Positions 21,522 to 29,380 of a DNA stretch of 32,000 nt are shown in pieces (the stretch's first letter is position 1; every line of letters starts with the position of its first letter). Below the pieces are notes generated by a model. It ran no database searches and was not told where the DNA came from. It saw nothing but the letters and a program-made list of their open reading frames with translations. The position numbers and the translations under genes are program-made. Source of the DNA: Candidatus Brocadia sp. (GTDB lineage Bacteria > Planctomycetota > Brocadiia > Brocadiales > Brocadiaceae); contig CP091279.1 in assembly GCA_021650915.1 (NCBI GenBank), positions 2,130,001 to 2,162,000 of the forward strand, written 5' to 3'.

Positions 21522-23237
21522 ATGAAGAAAAAAATTCTTATAATCGACGATGAAGAGAATATTCGGTACACCTTTGAAAACTTTCTTGTAGACGAGGGAT
21601 ATGAGGTGTTGTCTGCAAAGGATTACCGAGACGCCTTAATTGCGATTGATACGTCAGATTTTGATCTGATATTTTGCGATATTCTCCTGGACGAGAAGAC
21701 GGGTATTGACATCCTGGGGTATGTTAAGGAGAAGAATCTCATTTGCCCCGTTGTTATGATTACCGGCGCCCCTGATATTGGAACCGCCTCAGAAGCCCTC
21801 CGATTGGGCGCTTTCGACTACATTTCCAAGCCGGTGCTGCAAGACACCTTATTGCGTGTCACAAAGGTGGCATTGCAGCATAAGGCACTTGTTGACGAAA
21901 AGGAGAGATACCAGACAAACCTTGATGCTATATTCCGGAGCGTAAGGGATGCAATTATTACCGTAGACAAGGATTTGGCGGTAGTGGAGATGAACGCGGC
22001 GGCAGAACAAATCTGTGGTTTGTCTCGTAATCTTGTTGGGAATCAACTCAACTCTTTTCAGACACATTGCGGAGGAAGGTGTTCTGAAATTCTTCGTACA
22101 ACTATCGTAGAGAAACAACCTCTTGAGGTAGCAAGTCTTGAGTGCAAACATAGCCATCGTCCACATCAGGTTGTCAGCATTTCCACTAGCCCGCTCATAA
22201 ACAAGAAAGGCGCCTTTGCAGGCGCCGTTTTAGTAGTGAGAGATGATACGCATCTTGTCGAGCTAGAAAGGGATATGAAAGAACGGCATAAATTTTGTAA
22301 TATCATAGGAAAGAGTGAAAAGATACAGATGATTTATTCTTTTATCGAAGACTTAGCGGACGTCCAGACGACCGTCCTGGTGCTGGGCGAGAGTGGGACC
22401 GGGAAAGAACTGGTTGCAGAAGCGATCCATTACAGCGGTGCACGCAGTAGCAAATCCCTGGTCAAGGTGAACTGCTCGGCTTTATCTGAGAATCTGCTTG
22501 AAAGTGAACTCTTTGGGCACGTAAAGGGCTCATTTACCGGGGCTCTTCAGGATAGGATTGGCAGATTTCAGAAGGCGGATGGCGGCACCATTTTTCTGGA
22601 TGAGATTGGCGACATCTCTCCACGGATACAACTCCAGCTGCTGAGGGTCCTCCAGGAAAGGGAATTTGAACGAGTGGGAGACTCAAATCCTGTCAGGGTA
22701 GATGTCCGGGTTATTGCAGCGACGAATCAAAACCTCCGCGAAAAAGTCAAACGGGGAGAGTTCCGCGAGGACCTTTATTACCGGCTCAAGGTAGTAGAAA
22801 TGTGCCTGCCGCCCTTAAGAGACAGGAAGGAAGACATACCGTTGCTGGTAAAACACTTTGTGAAAAAATTCAATAAAAAATTAAACAAAGAAATTTCAGC
22901 AATATCTGCGGATGTCCAGAAGATCTTTATGAACTATACCTGGCCGGGAAATATCCGCGAATTGGAACATACCATGGAGCATGCATTTATCCTTTGCCAC
23001 CAAAACATCATTACGATGGATCATCTGCCACTTAATTTTAAAGAGTTACTTGAACCCCACCGGCCTTCCTTTGAAGACGCGCGAGATGGAGAATTGCGGT
23101 CAATCCGCCGGGCGCTTGAACAGGTTGCATGGAATAAGGTAAGGGCTGCACGGTTGTTAGGAATGAGCCGAAGAACGCTCTATCGAAAGATAAAAGACTA
23201 TAAGATAGGAGTGAAGGATGATGATTATAAAATATAA
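21522..23237 (+). CDS. sigma54-dependent response regulator (REC-PAS-AAA+-Fis HTH), NtrC family
   Basis: 571-aa ORF. The receiver has DD (9-10) and phospho-acceptor Asp53 (DLIFCDILL). The central PAS-like segment is LDAIFRSVRDAIITVD. The AAA+ core has GESGTGKE, the sigma54-contact loop GSFTGA (GAFTGA variant) and GGTIFLDEIG. The C-terminal HTH is AARLLGMSRRTLYRKIK. Confidence 0.95.
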   Translation: MKKKILIIDDEENIRYTFENFLVDEGYEVLSAKDYRDALIAIDTSDFDLIFCDILLDEKTGIDILGYVKEKNLICPVVMITGAPDIGTASEALRLGAFDYISKPVLQDTLLRVTKVALQHKALVDEKERYQTNLDAIFRSVRDAIITVDKDLAVVEMNAAAEQICGLSRNLVGNQLNSFQTHCGGRCSEILRTTIVEKQPLEVASLECKHSHRPHQVVSISTSPLINKKGAFAGAVLVVRDDTHLVELERDMKERHKFCNIIGKSEKIQMIYSFIEDLADVQTTVLVLGESGTGKELVAEAIHYSGARSSKSLVKVNCSALSENLLESELFGHVKGSFTGALQDRIGRFQKADGGTIFLDEIGDISPRIQLQLLRVLQEREFERVGDSNPVRVDVRVIAATNQNLREKVKRGEFREDLYYRLKVVEMCLPPLRDRKEDIPLLVKHFVKKFNKKLNKEISAISADVQKIFMNYTWPGNIRELEHTMEHAFILCHQNIITMDHLPLNFKELLEPHRPSFEDARDGELRSIRRALEQVAWNKVRAARLLGMSRRTLYRKIKDYKIGVKDDDYKI

Positions 23238-23277
23238 CCGTCACTCGTGTTTTTATTACAAGGTACTCGTTTTTTAT

Positions 23278-23339
23278 AAAAAAGTGTGTCATGGCACACT
23301 TCTGTGACGTCACAAAAGTGTGCCATGACACACTTTTTT
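23278..23339. terminator. 62-bp near-perfect palindrome flanked by A6/T6: probable bidirectional terminator, possibly also a protein-binding site
   Basis: AAAAAAGTGTGTCATGGCACACTTCTGTGAC | GTCACAAAAGTGTGCCATGACACACTTTTTT. The two 31-nt arms are reverse complements with one mismatch (23302 C vs 23315 A). It sits between the convergent response regulator gene and a minus-strand small ORF. Confidence 0.7.
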
Positions 23340-23345
23340 ATTGTT

Positions 23346-23534
23346 TTAACCCTCCCCACCTCTGTTAATTTCATTCTTTTTGTGCCTTTCGTAATTACCA
23401 ATTCCCCAAAAAAAGTTTATTTCCCACGGTAATCGTTCGTATTTCTCCTTCAAAAAGAGATAAAGGATAAAGGTCTCGCGATTATCGACATAATAAAATT
23501 GTATTTTCAGTTTCTGGTATACCATTTGATTCAC
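23346..23534 (-). pseudogene. possible N-terminally truncated RelE/Gp49 (HigB-like) toxin remnant
   Basis: 62-aa ORF. KLKIQFYYVDNRETFILYLFLKEKYERLPWEI resembles the C-terminal half pattern yRi.Yf....i.lL..F.KK....P..Ei of Gp49/RelE-type toxins. The frame stays open upstream with no ATG, and there is no antitoxin gene. The resemblance is from memory only. Confidence 0.25.
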
Positions 23535-23752
23535 CTTATAAAAAAATTGTGAAAGCGAGAAAAGCAGGTAGAACTTTTTGATGAAGGGAGGGTATAGGGG
23601 ATGAATATATTTATTACCTTTTTGATAATTAGCATTCTAATCACCATCACAGCTCTCGTTTTTTTGTGAGATTTGTGAAAAAATACCGGAGGTTTTTAAG
23701 TCTTGGTCAATGCAGAGGATTTATTTCGTTGGAAGGGAGGGCTTGCGTGGAA

Positions 23753-24295
23753 ATGTCAAAAGTTGTTTATAAATTAATGGAAAACGAACTGATGCGGCTG
23801 TTGTTTTCTGGTGTAACCGATCTTACCTATATTTATGACATGGATGGAAATATTTTGTTTGTTAATAAAGTATTTGAAAAATTTACGGGTCACAGACCGG
23901 AGGAGTTTTACGGGAGGCCATTCGCTGCCCTCTTTGACGAAGAGAACTTAAAAAAAGCAAAGGATGCCTTTGCCGAGACGTTGAAAGGAAAGAGTCCTGA
24001 ATATAAGCTTTCCTTTCAGAATACCAGGATATTGTGCGAGTACAGAAACTTTCCGATAAAGGATCAAAGCGGCAATCTTGTTGGCGTAATGGGTATTGCC
24101 AGGGATGTTACCGCGCGAGGGCGCGAAGAGGAGCAGTTAAAGGCGTTAAACGAATCTCTGGAGAAAAGGGTAATTGAACATACTTCAAGACTCGTGGAAT
24201 TAAATAAAGAATTAATGAGAGAAACCAACGAACGCGAACGACTTGAAAAGGAGTTGAAACACGGTATGGAGAAACAAAAGCAATCCATGTTATGA
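23753..24295 (+). CDS. stand-alone PAS domain protein with C-terminal coiled coil
   Basis: The ORF track starts at 23666, but an ATG at 23753 follows GGAAGGGAGGG (23741-23751), giving 180 aa. The PAS fold ends in GIARDVT, followed by a charged heptad-like tail (EEQLKALNESLEKRVIEHTSRLVELNKELMRETNERERLEKELK). Confidence 0.8.
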   Translation: MSKVVYKLMENELMRLLFSGVTDLTYIYDMDGNILFVNKVFEKFTGHRPEEFYGRPFAALFDEENLKKAKDAFAETLKGKSPEYKLSFQNTRILCEYRNFPIKDQSGNLVGVMGIARDVTARGREEEQLKALNESLEKRVIEHTSRLVELNKELMRETNERERLEKELKHGMEKQKQSML

Positions 24296-24315
24296 AAAAG
24301 GATTGAAATCTGACC

Positions 24316-24618
24316 ATGAAGTATAAAATATCAGTCATCATTGTGGGCGGAGATCATTTAGGAAGCATACCAAGGGAGCTTGATAAAATCGGGATTACGG
24401 AAATTCAACACCTGACCGGCAGGGGTGGGCAAAAGATGCGGGGGAAAATTCCAGAGAACGTTGATTTTATTATTCTCCTTTACGATTTTGTAAATCATAA
24501 CCTGGCATATAAAGTAAAGAGATTAGCCGTGAACCGGAAAATCCCTATTATCTATGCAAAGAGATCATGGTCTTCCATTTATCAAAAAATCAAGGATAGC
24601 CGGATAACGATCCCCTGA
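24316..24618 (+). CDS. DUF2325 family protein
   Basis: 100-aa ORF 20 nt after the PAS gene. VIIVGGD...VDFIILLYDFVNHNLAYKVKRLA...IPIIYAKRSWSSI fits the DUF2325 pattern (vGG...aD.vi..td.vsH.....vk). Confidence 0.75.
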   Translation: MKYKISVIIVGGDHLGSIPRELDKIGITEIQHLTGRGGQKMRGKIPENVDFIILLYDFVNHNLAYKVKRLAVNRKIPIIYAKRSWSSIYQKIKDSRITIP

Positions 24619-24815
24619 TTTCATATGGGTTTTGTGCGATGTCGCACAAAGGTTGTTGCTGAAGTTCATCAACCTGCTGCCATATCCTCGCCGGGTTCTT
24701 TCGATGCCCTTTTTGAAGAACCCAAAACAATTCAGAATTTGTATACACCCGTAAGCAAGTGGCAATCCTTCTTCCCGTGTCCGTTGTATGGCAATTGTGG
24801 AGTGGTAAATTGTCA

Positions 24816-24844
24816 TTGACATTAATTTTGCAACGCTGTAAAAT
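24816..24844 (+). promoter_or_regulatory. near-consensus sigma70-type promoter for the acpS/radical-SAM/KS operon
   Basis: TTGACA (24816-24821), 17-bp spacer, TAAAAT (24839-24844), about 75 nt upstream of the acpS ATG. Confidence 0.55.
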
Positions 24845-24920
24845 GCTTTTTCCCCCTAAATAGATACTTATGCTACAAGCAGTTACAATGACTGAAATTG
24901 CCAGTCAATCGTAATCATTT

Positions 24921-25307
24921 ATGTATGTCGGTATTGATATTGTTGAAATAAGACGTATTGAAAAATTATTCTCAGCCAATGAGGATTTTTTGCGAAGGAT
25001 TTATACCGAAAAAGAGGTGGAATACTGCAACCAAAAGAAGAACAAATATCAGCATTTTGCAGCTCGTTTCGCCTCAAAAGAGGCAATGTTCAAGGCGCTG
25101 GGAACTGGTTGGGCTGACAAAATGAAATGGACGGATATTGAGCTCTTAAATGATAAAAAGGGGAGACCGTATTTAAATCTCTACGGCAGGGTAAAAGAAT
25201 TGGCAGATGAAAAACGGATTGGTGATATTTCGGTGTCATTGTCACACTGTCATGACTATGCCATTGCCCAGGTTTTATTGGTGCCAAAAAAAGAGGATTG
25301 TTCATGA
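24921..25307 (+). CDS. acpS: holo-[acyl-carrier-protein] synthase (AcpS-type 4'-phosphopantetheinyl transferase)
   Basis: 128-aa ORF with YVGIDIVEIRRIE at the N-terminus, FAARFASKEAMFKALG, and ISVSLSHCHDYAIAQVLL at the C-terminus. This is the classic AcpS size and motif set. Confidence 0.9.
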   Translation: MYVGIDIVEIRRIEKLFSANEDFLRRIYTEKEVEYCNQKKNKYQHFAARFASKEAMFKALGTGWADKMKWTDIELLNDKKGRPYLNLYGRVKELADEKRIGDISVSLSHCHDYAIAQVLLVPKKEDCS

Positions 25308-26785
25308 AAAAACTTGTACTTATCAATCCTCACCCGATTGGAAATGTGGGGGAGGAAAATGTCTCCGTATTAAATCAAATGCCGGTGAATCTCGGCTATC
25401 TGAAGACATTAACGCCAAAACACTGGCAGGTTGATATTATTGATGAAACCCAGGAGCCTGCAATTGACGAAAAGACGGGGGATACCACTTTTGGCGGCGC
25501 CGATCTGGTGGGCATTACGTCGGTAAGTTATCAGGCACATCGCGCGTACCAGATAGCTGCCGCCTGTCGGAAGCGGGGGATACCGGTGATCATGGGCGGT
25601 ATCCATGCGACCAGCTACCCGGAGGAGGCGGCACAACATGTGGATTGTGTGGTGACCCGGGAAGCCGTTACCCTCTGGGAAAAGATTATTGGCGACTTTG
25701 AAAAGGGCTGTCTCCAAAAACGATACGACGGTAGTCTTACGCCGATGGAGTTGTATCGTGGATTACGATCCGATAGAAAATACCTGAAGGATAAATATAA
25801 ATACCGCTACTCCGGCATTATCACGACTGCCGGATGTCCCTTTAGCTGTGAGTTTTGCTCTGTGCCGCAGTTTCAGGGCAGGAAATACCGGGAAAGGCCG
25901 ATTGAAGACGTGCTTGATGAATTCGAATCTATCAAGGGCCAATATCGCGGTTTGATCCTGACGGATGAGAATTTCTACGGACACAGCAAAAAATCCAATG
26001 AGCGTGTCCGCGACCTTTTCAAGGGCATGGTGGATCGCGGCATTTACCAGAACTGGTTTGGGTTCACCTCCCTTAATATTTATAAAGACGACGAAACCCT
26101 CGAATATATGAGGAAGAGCGGGTGTGTTGGAGTGCTCATCGGCATAGAATCCATCAATGAAGAAGCCTTGAAGACGATGAACAAGAACGTAAATCTGCGT
26201 ATCTCCATTGAAAATTATTTTGAGGCGATAGCCAATATCCGCAAACACGGCCTTGCCGTGTGGGGAACCATGGTCTTTGGTAACGATGCCGACACCCCTG
26301 AGACCTTCAAACAAGTTGCCGATTTTGTCCTGGATTCCCATGTCGATATCATGACCTGTGGTATTTTATGTCCATTCATCAACACACCGCTGTATCATCG
26401 GCTGAACGGTGAAGGACGGCTTTTCAGGACTAACTTCCCGGAAGACTGGAAGTATTATACATCTCATCATCTCACCTACGTCCTGAAAAATATGTCCCTG
26501 CAGGAACTTATCGATGGATTTCAGTATTTGTATGACAGGATTTATGCCACGGAGGTGCTCCGGCAGAGATTTCAGAATGCAAAAGAGGTGCTGAAAGATA
26601 ATATGAATGCCGCTATGTTTGCCTTCAGGGTCAACCTGGATTGGCAGACCGTATACCAGCACCTGATCCAAAATCTCAAAGAATTGCAGACAACGGGGTT
26701 TTATAATGAGGCATTAAAACAATATAATCAATCGAAAAAAGCCGGGAAAAAGGTGGAATTGACGCCGATTGAGGTTTCGTCCTGA
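25304..26785 (+). CDS. B12-binding-domain radical SAM enzyme (class B)
   Basis: I prefer the ATG at 25304 (AGAGGA at 25292-25297; ATGA overlap with the acpS stop) over the TTG at 25298. The N-terminal cobalamin-binding-like domain has VGITSVSYQAHRAY and VIMGGIHATSYPEE. The radical SAM cluster motif CPFSCEFC (CxxxCxxC) is at 25835-25858. Confidence 0.9.
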   Translation: MKKLVLINPHPIGNVGEENVSVLNQMPVNLGYLKTLTPKHWQVDIIDETQEPAIDEKTGDTTFGGADLVGITSVSYQAHRAYQIAAACRKRGIPVIMGGIHATSYPEEAAQHVDCVVTREAVTLWEKIIGDFEKGCLQKRYDGSLTPMELYRGLRSDRKYLKDKYKYRYSGIITTAGCPFSCEFCSVPQFQGRKYRERPIEDVLDEFESIKGQYRGLILTDENFYGHSKKSNERVRDLFKGMVDRGIYQNWFGFTSLNIYKDDETLEYMRKSGCVGVLIGIESINEEALKTMNKNVNLRISIENYFEAIANIRKHGLAVWGTMVFGNDADTPETFKQVADFVLDSHVDIMTCGILCPFINTPLYHRLNGEGRLFRTNFPEDWKYYTSHHLTYVLKNMSLQELIDGFQYLYDRIYATEVLRQRFQNAKEVLKDNMNAAMFAFRVNLDWQTVYQHLIQNLKELQTTGFYNEALKQYNQSKKAGKKVELTPIEVSS

Positions 26786-26901
26786 CTTAGATTGATTATC
26801 ACATCTGCTCCTTGTACTTGTCCCTATTCGATCATTTGTATAGCCAATAGTTGATTTCCAATTACGCACTCTGAAAACGTTACGCTAAATTACTGAAAAT
26901 T

Positions 26902-28110
26902 ATGCCACAAGTCGTCATAACGGGTTTAGGATTAGTTACACCCATTGGGATTGGCGTCAGACAAAGCTGGGAGGCCTTCCTCCGGGGCGTGAACGGGGCT
27001 AATGAGATGAAGTCCTTCGATACCGCAAAATACAAAGTGCATCGCTCCTGTGAGGTAAAAAATTTCCAATGGGACTTTGAACTAGAAAATCAGATCAAAG
27101 AAAACACGATCCATAAATACGTCTACTACGCAGCCCGGGAGGCATTGCAGGAAAGCGGTTTGTCGGGTGATAAGAAATTCGATCGTGAACGATTTGGCAT
27201 TGCCATCGGGACGTTAGCAGCCGAGCTGACGCCCTTTGAAAGGCTCTTGCGATTAGACACCTCAAAAAAAGACACCGGTTTCGATAACATCGTTGCAGCC
27301 GTTTACCCGCCCAATTCGATCACCAATATTCTGTCCAAAAATTTTGAATTTGAAGGTCCAACCATGATCTCGCTGAACGCCTGCTCGTCGGGCAATCACG
27401 CCATTGCATGGGCGTATGACCACCTTGTGGATAATAAGGTTGATGTGGTAATGGTTGGTGGTGGTGACATGATCCCTCAAACAGAATTTACCCATTTTCA
27501 CAACCTCAAAGCGCTGGCGCCAGAACGTTGTCAGCCATTCGATAAAAACCGCCAGGGACTAATGATCGGCGAAGGGGCAGGGATACTGATCATGGAACGT
27601 TACGAATTTGCCAAAAAACGCGGGGCAACGATTATTGCTGAGATGGCAGGTTATGGGTTAAGTTGCGATGGATTTCACATGACCGCGCCCCATCCTGAGG
27701 GCGATGGCGCTGTGAGATGCATGAGCGATGCGCTAAAAATGGTAAACCTTTCTCCCCAAGAAATTGGTTACATCAATGCCCACGGTACTGGTACGCCCCA
27801 CAACGACAAGACGGAAACCATTGCCATAAAGCGCGTGTTTGGCGATGGTGCGTATAAGGTCCCCAGCAGTTCTACCAAATCGATGATAGGTCACCTCATG
27901 GGTGCAGCCAGCGCTGTGGAATCAGTTGTCTGCTGTCTGGTATTGAGACATGGAGTAGTTCCTCCGACGATTAATTACGAAACCCCTGATCCGGAATGCG
28001 ACCTCGATTACGTGCCCAATACGGCACGCGAGTTAAAAGTGGGTCACGTGTTAAACAACTCCTTTGCCTTTGGCGGTAACAACGCTACAACGATATTCAG
28101 CAAATTATGA
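26902..28110 (+). CDS. fabF: beta-ketoacyl-ACP synthase, FabF/FabB-like, catalytic triad intact
   Basis: 402-aa ORF collinear by eye with E. coli FabF. Active-site Cys161 in ISLNACSSGNH (TGC 27382-27384), His in CDGFHMTAPHP, His in YINAHGTGTPHND, then SSTKSMIGHLMGAASAVE and NSFAFGGNNATTIF. Confidence 0.92.
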   Translation: MPQVVITGLGLVTPIGIGVRQSWEAFLRGVNGANEMKSFDTAKYKVHRSCEVKNFQWDFELENQIKENTIHKYVYYAAREALQESGLSGDKKFDRERFGIAIGTLAAELTPFERLLRLDTSKKDTGFDNIVAAVYPPNSITNILSKNFEFEGPTMISLNACSSGNHAIAWAYDHLVDNKVDVVMVGGGDMIPQTEFTHFHNLKALAPERCQPFDKNRQGLMIGEGAGILIMERYEFAKKRGATIIAEMAGYGLSCDGFHMTAPHPEGDGAVRCMSDALKMVNLSPQEIGYINAHGTGTPHNDKTETIAIKRVFGDGAYKVPSSSTKSMIGHLMGAASAVESVVCCLVLRHGVVPPTINYETPDPECDLDYVPNTARELKVGHVLNNSFAFGGNNATTIFSKL

Positions 28111-29339
28111 AAAAACGAGTCGTTATTACTGGTTTAGGTGTTGTGTCTCCCCTTGGTTGCGGTAAAGAGGCGTTTTGGAATAGCCTCATTGAGGGAAAGT
28201 CAGGTATCACACCCATATCTTCTCTCGACGTATCTCCTTACAAGTGTAAGCTCGGCGGCGAAGTAAGAGACCTCAAACCCGAAGTATACCTTGGCAGTAA
28301 AGGCTTGAAGTACTTGAACAAGGGGACACGTTTCCTGGGGTCTGCCTCTAAGATGGCGCTGGATGATGCAAATCTGCCGCAGGACGGTTCCCTGTCGGAT
28401 CAGATGGGCATTGTCATTGGCTCGTCTCTTGGCAACTTTTCAGAAACTACGGATTATTTTTACGAAATTATCAGGAACAACCCATCCGAATTGTCACCCA
28501 TGCTCAGCTATGACGTTGCCTTGAATTCTTCCATCAATTACGTATCCGTCATCTTTAAAATCAAGGGACTCGCCCGTACCATATCTGCAGGTTTTACGTC
28601 CAGTGCCGATGCCGTCGGAGATGCATTTAAAATGATACGGCGTGGTATGGCAAAGGTGATCGTGGCAGGCGGTGTTGAACAGATATCCATTGATCTGTAC
28701 CTGATATTTTATCTGCGCGGCTTGTTATCGGGTCTTGATGGCACAAGAGAGGCAAGCCTGCCCTTTGATAAAGAGAGAAACGGTTTTGTCATGGCCGAAG
28801 GCAGTTACGTGATTATCCTGGAAGAACTCCAGCATGCCCTTGACAGGGGAGCCCATGTCTATGCGGAGGTAAAGGGATTTGGCAGCACCTTCGTGGGTGG
28901 CAAAAACCATCCGACAGGTATACGAGTGCGTCGTGCCGAAAGGGCCATGCGTGAAGCGTTGGAAGATGCGGGGGTAAAGAAGGAAGATGTTGGCCTGATC
29001 AGTACAAATGCCAATGGATGCAAGGTACAGGATGCCGTTGAGGCAAAGGCGATCCGATCTTTATTTGACACGGGGAGCAGTCAAATACCGATATCTGCAA
29101 TAAAATCAAACATCGGTGAATCGTACGGGACCGCCGGTGCAGCGCAACTCATTTCATCAGTCATGTCGATAAACACAGGCCTGATACCTCCTATTATCAA
29201 TCACCGCGACAAAGATCCGGAAATCAATCTGAATCTCATCCTTGAGAAACCCATTAAAAAAGAAATCAGAAATGCAGCGTTAAACACCAGGGATTATGAG
29301 GGAAATAATTCATGCCTGGTCATAAGTAGGATGGATTGA
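28107..29339 (+). CDS. ketosynthase-like protein lacking catalytic Cys and His (chain-length-factor-like partner)
   Basis: 410-aa ORF whose ATG overlaps the upstream KS stop (ATGA 28107-28110). It keeps the thiolase-fold N-terminus RVVITGLGVVSPLG and DKERNGFVMAEG. It has SAGFTSSADAVG where the Cys loop should be (TTT ACG at 28593-28598), and TNANGC in place of NAHGT. Confidence 0.85.
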   Translation: MKKRVVITGLGVVSPLGCGKEAFWNSLIEGKSGITPISSLDVSPYKCKLGGEVRDLKPEVYLGSKGLKYLNKGTRFLGSASKMALDDANLPQDGSLSDQMGIVIGSSLGNFSETTDYFYEIIRNNPSELSPMLSYDVALNSSINYVSVIFKIKGLARTISAGFTSSADAVGDAFKMIRRGMAKVIVAGGVEQISIDLYLIFYLRGLLSGLDGTREASLPFDKERNGFVMAEGSYVIILEELQHALDRGAHVYAEVKGFGSTFVGGKNHPTGIRVRRAERAMREALEDAGVKKEDVGLISTNANGCKVQDAVEAKAIRSLFDTGSSQIPISAIKSNIGESYGTAGAAQLISSVMSINTGLIPPIINHRDKDPEINLNLILEKPIKKEIRNAALNTRDYEGNNSCLVISRMD

Positions 29340-29380
29340 GGCGTGTGTCTTTTCACGCCGAATCCACCGTTACCCTTGTT

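Noticed and set aside
23290-23306. TGGCAC inside the palindrome (TGGCACACTTCTGTG), which resembles a sigma54 -24 box.
   Set aside because: The -12 position reads TGTG rather than TTGC, so there is no GC at the required spacing. The terminator/palindrome explanation is better.
23666-23752. Upstream extension of the PAS ORF in the track (non-ATG start at 23666).
   Set aside because: The ATG at 23753 has a strong purine-rich RBS (GGAAGGGAGGG). The extension is basic, low-complexity sequence with no RBS.
24625-24822. Mutually overlapping 64-aa (+) and 85-aa (-) ORFs in the DUF2325-acpS spacer, plus a 20-bp palindrome TTTGTGCGATGTCGCACAAA (24631-24650) just after the DUF2325 stop.
   Set aside because: Neither ORF has a recognisable motif or RBS. 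The + ORF runs into the acpS promoter. The palindrome has a 2-nt centre and no T-tract, so I cannot assign it as either a terminator or an operator.
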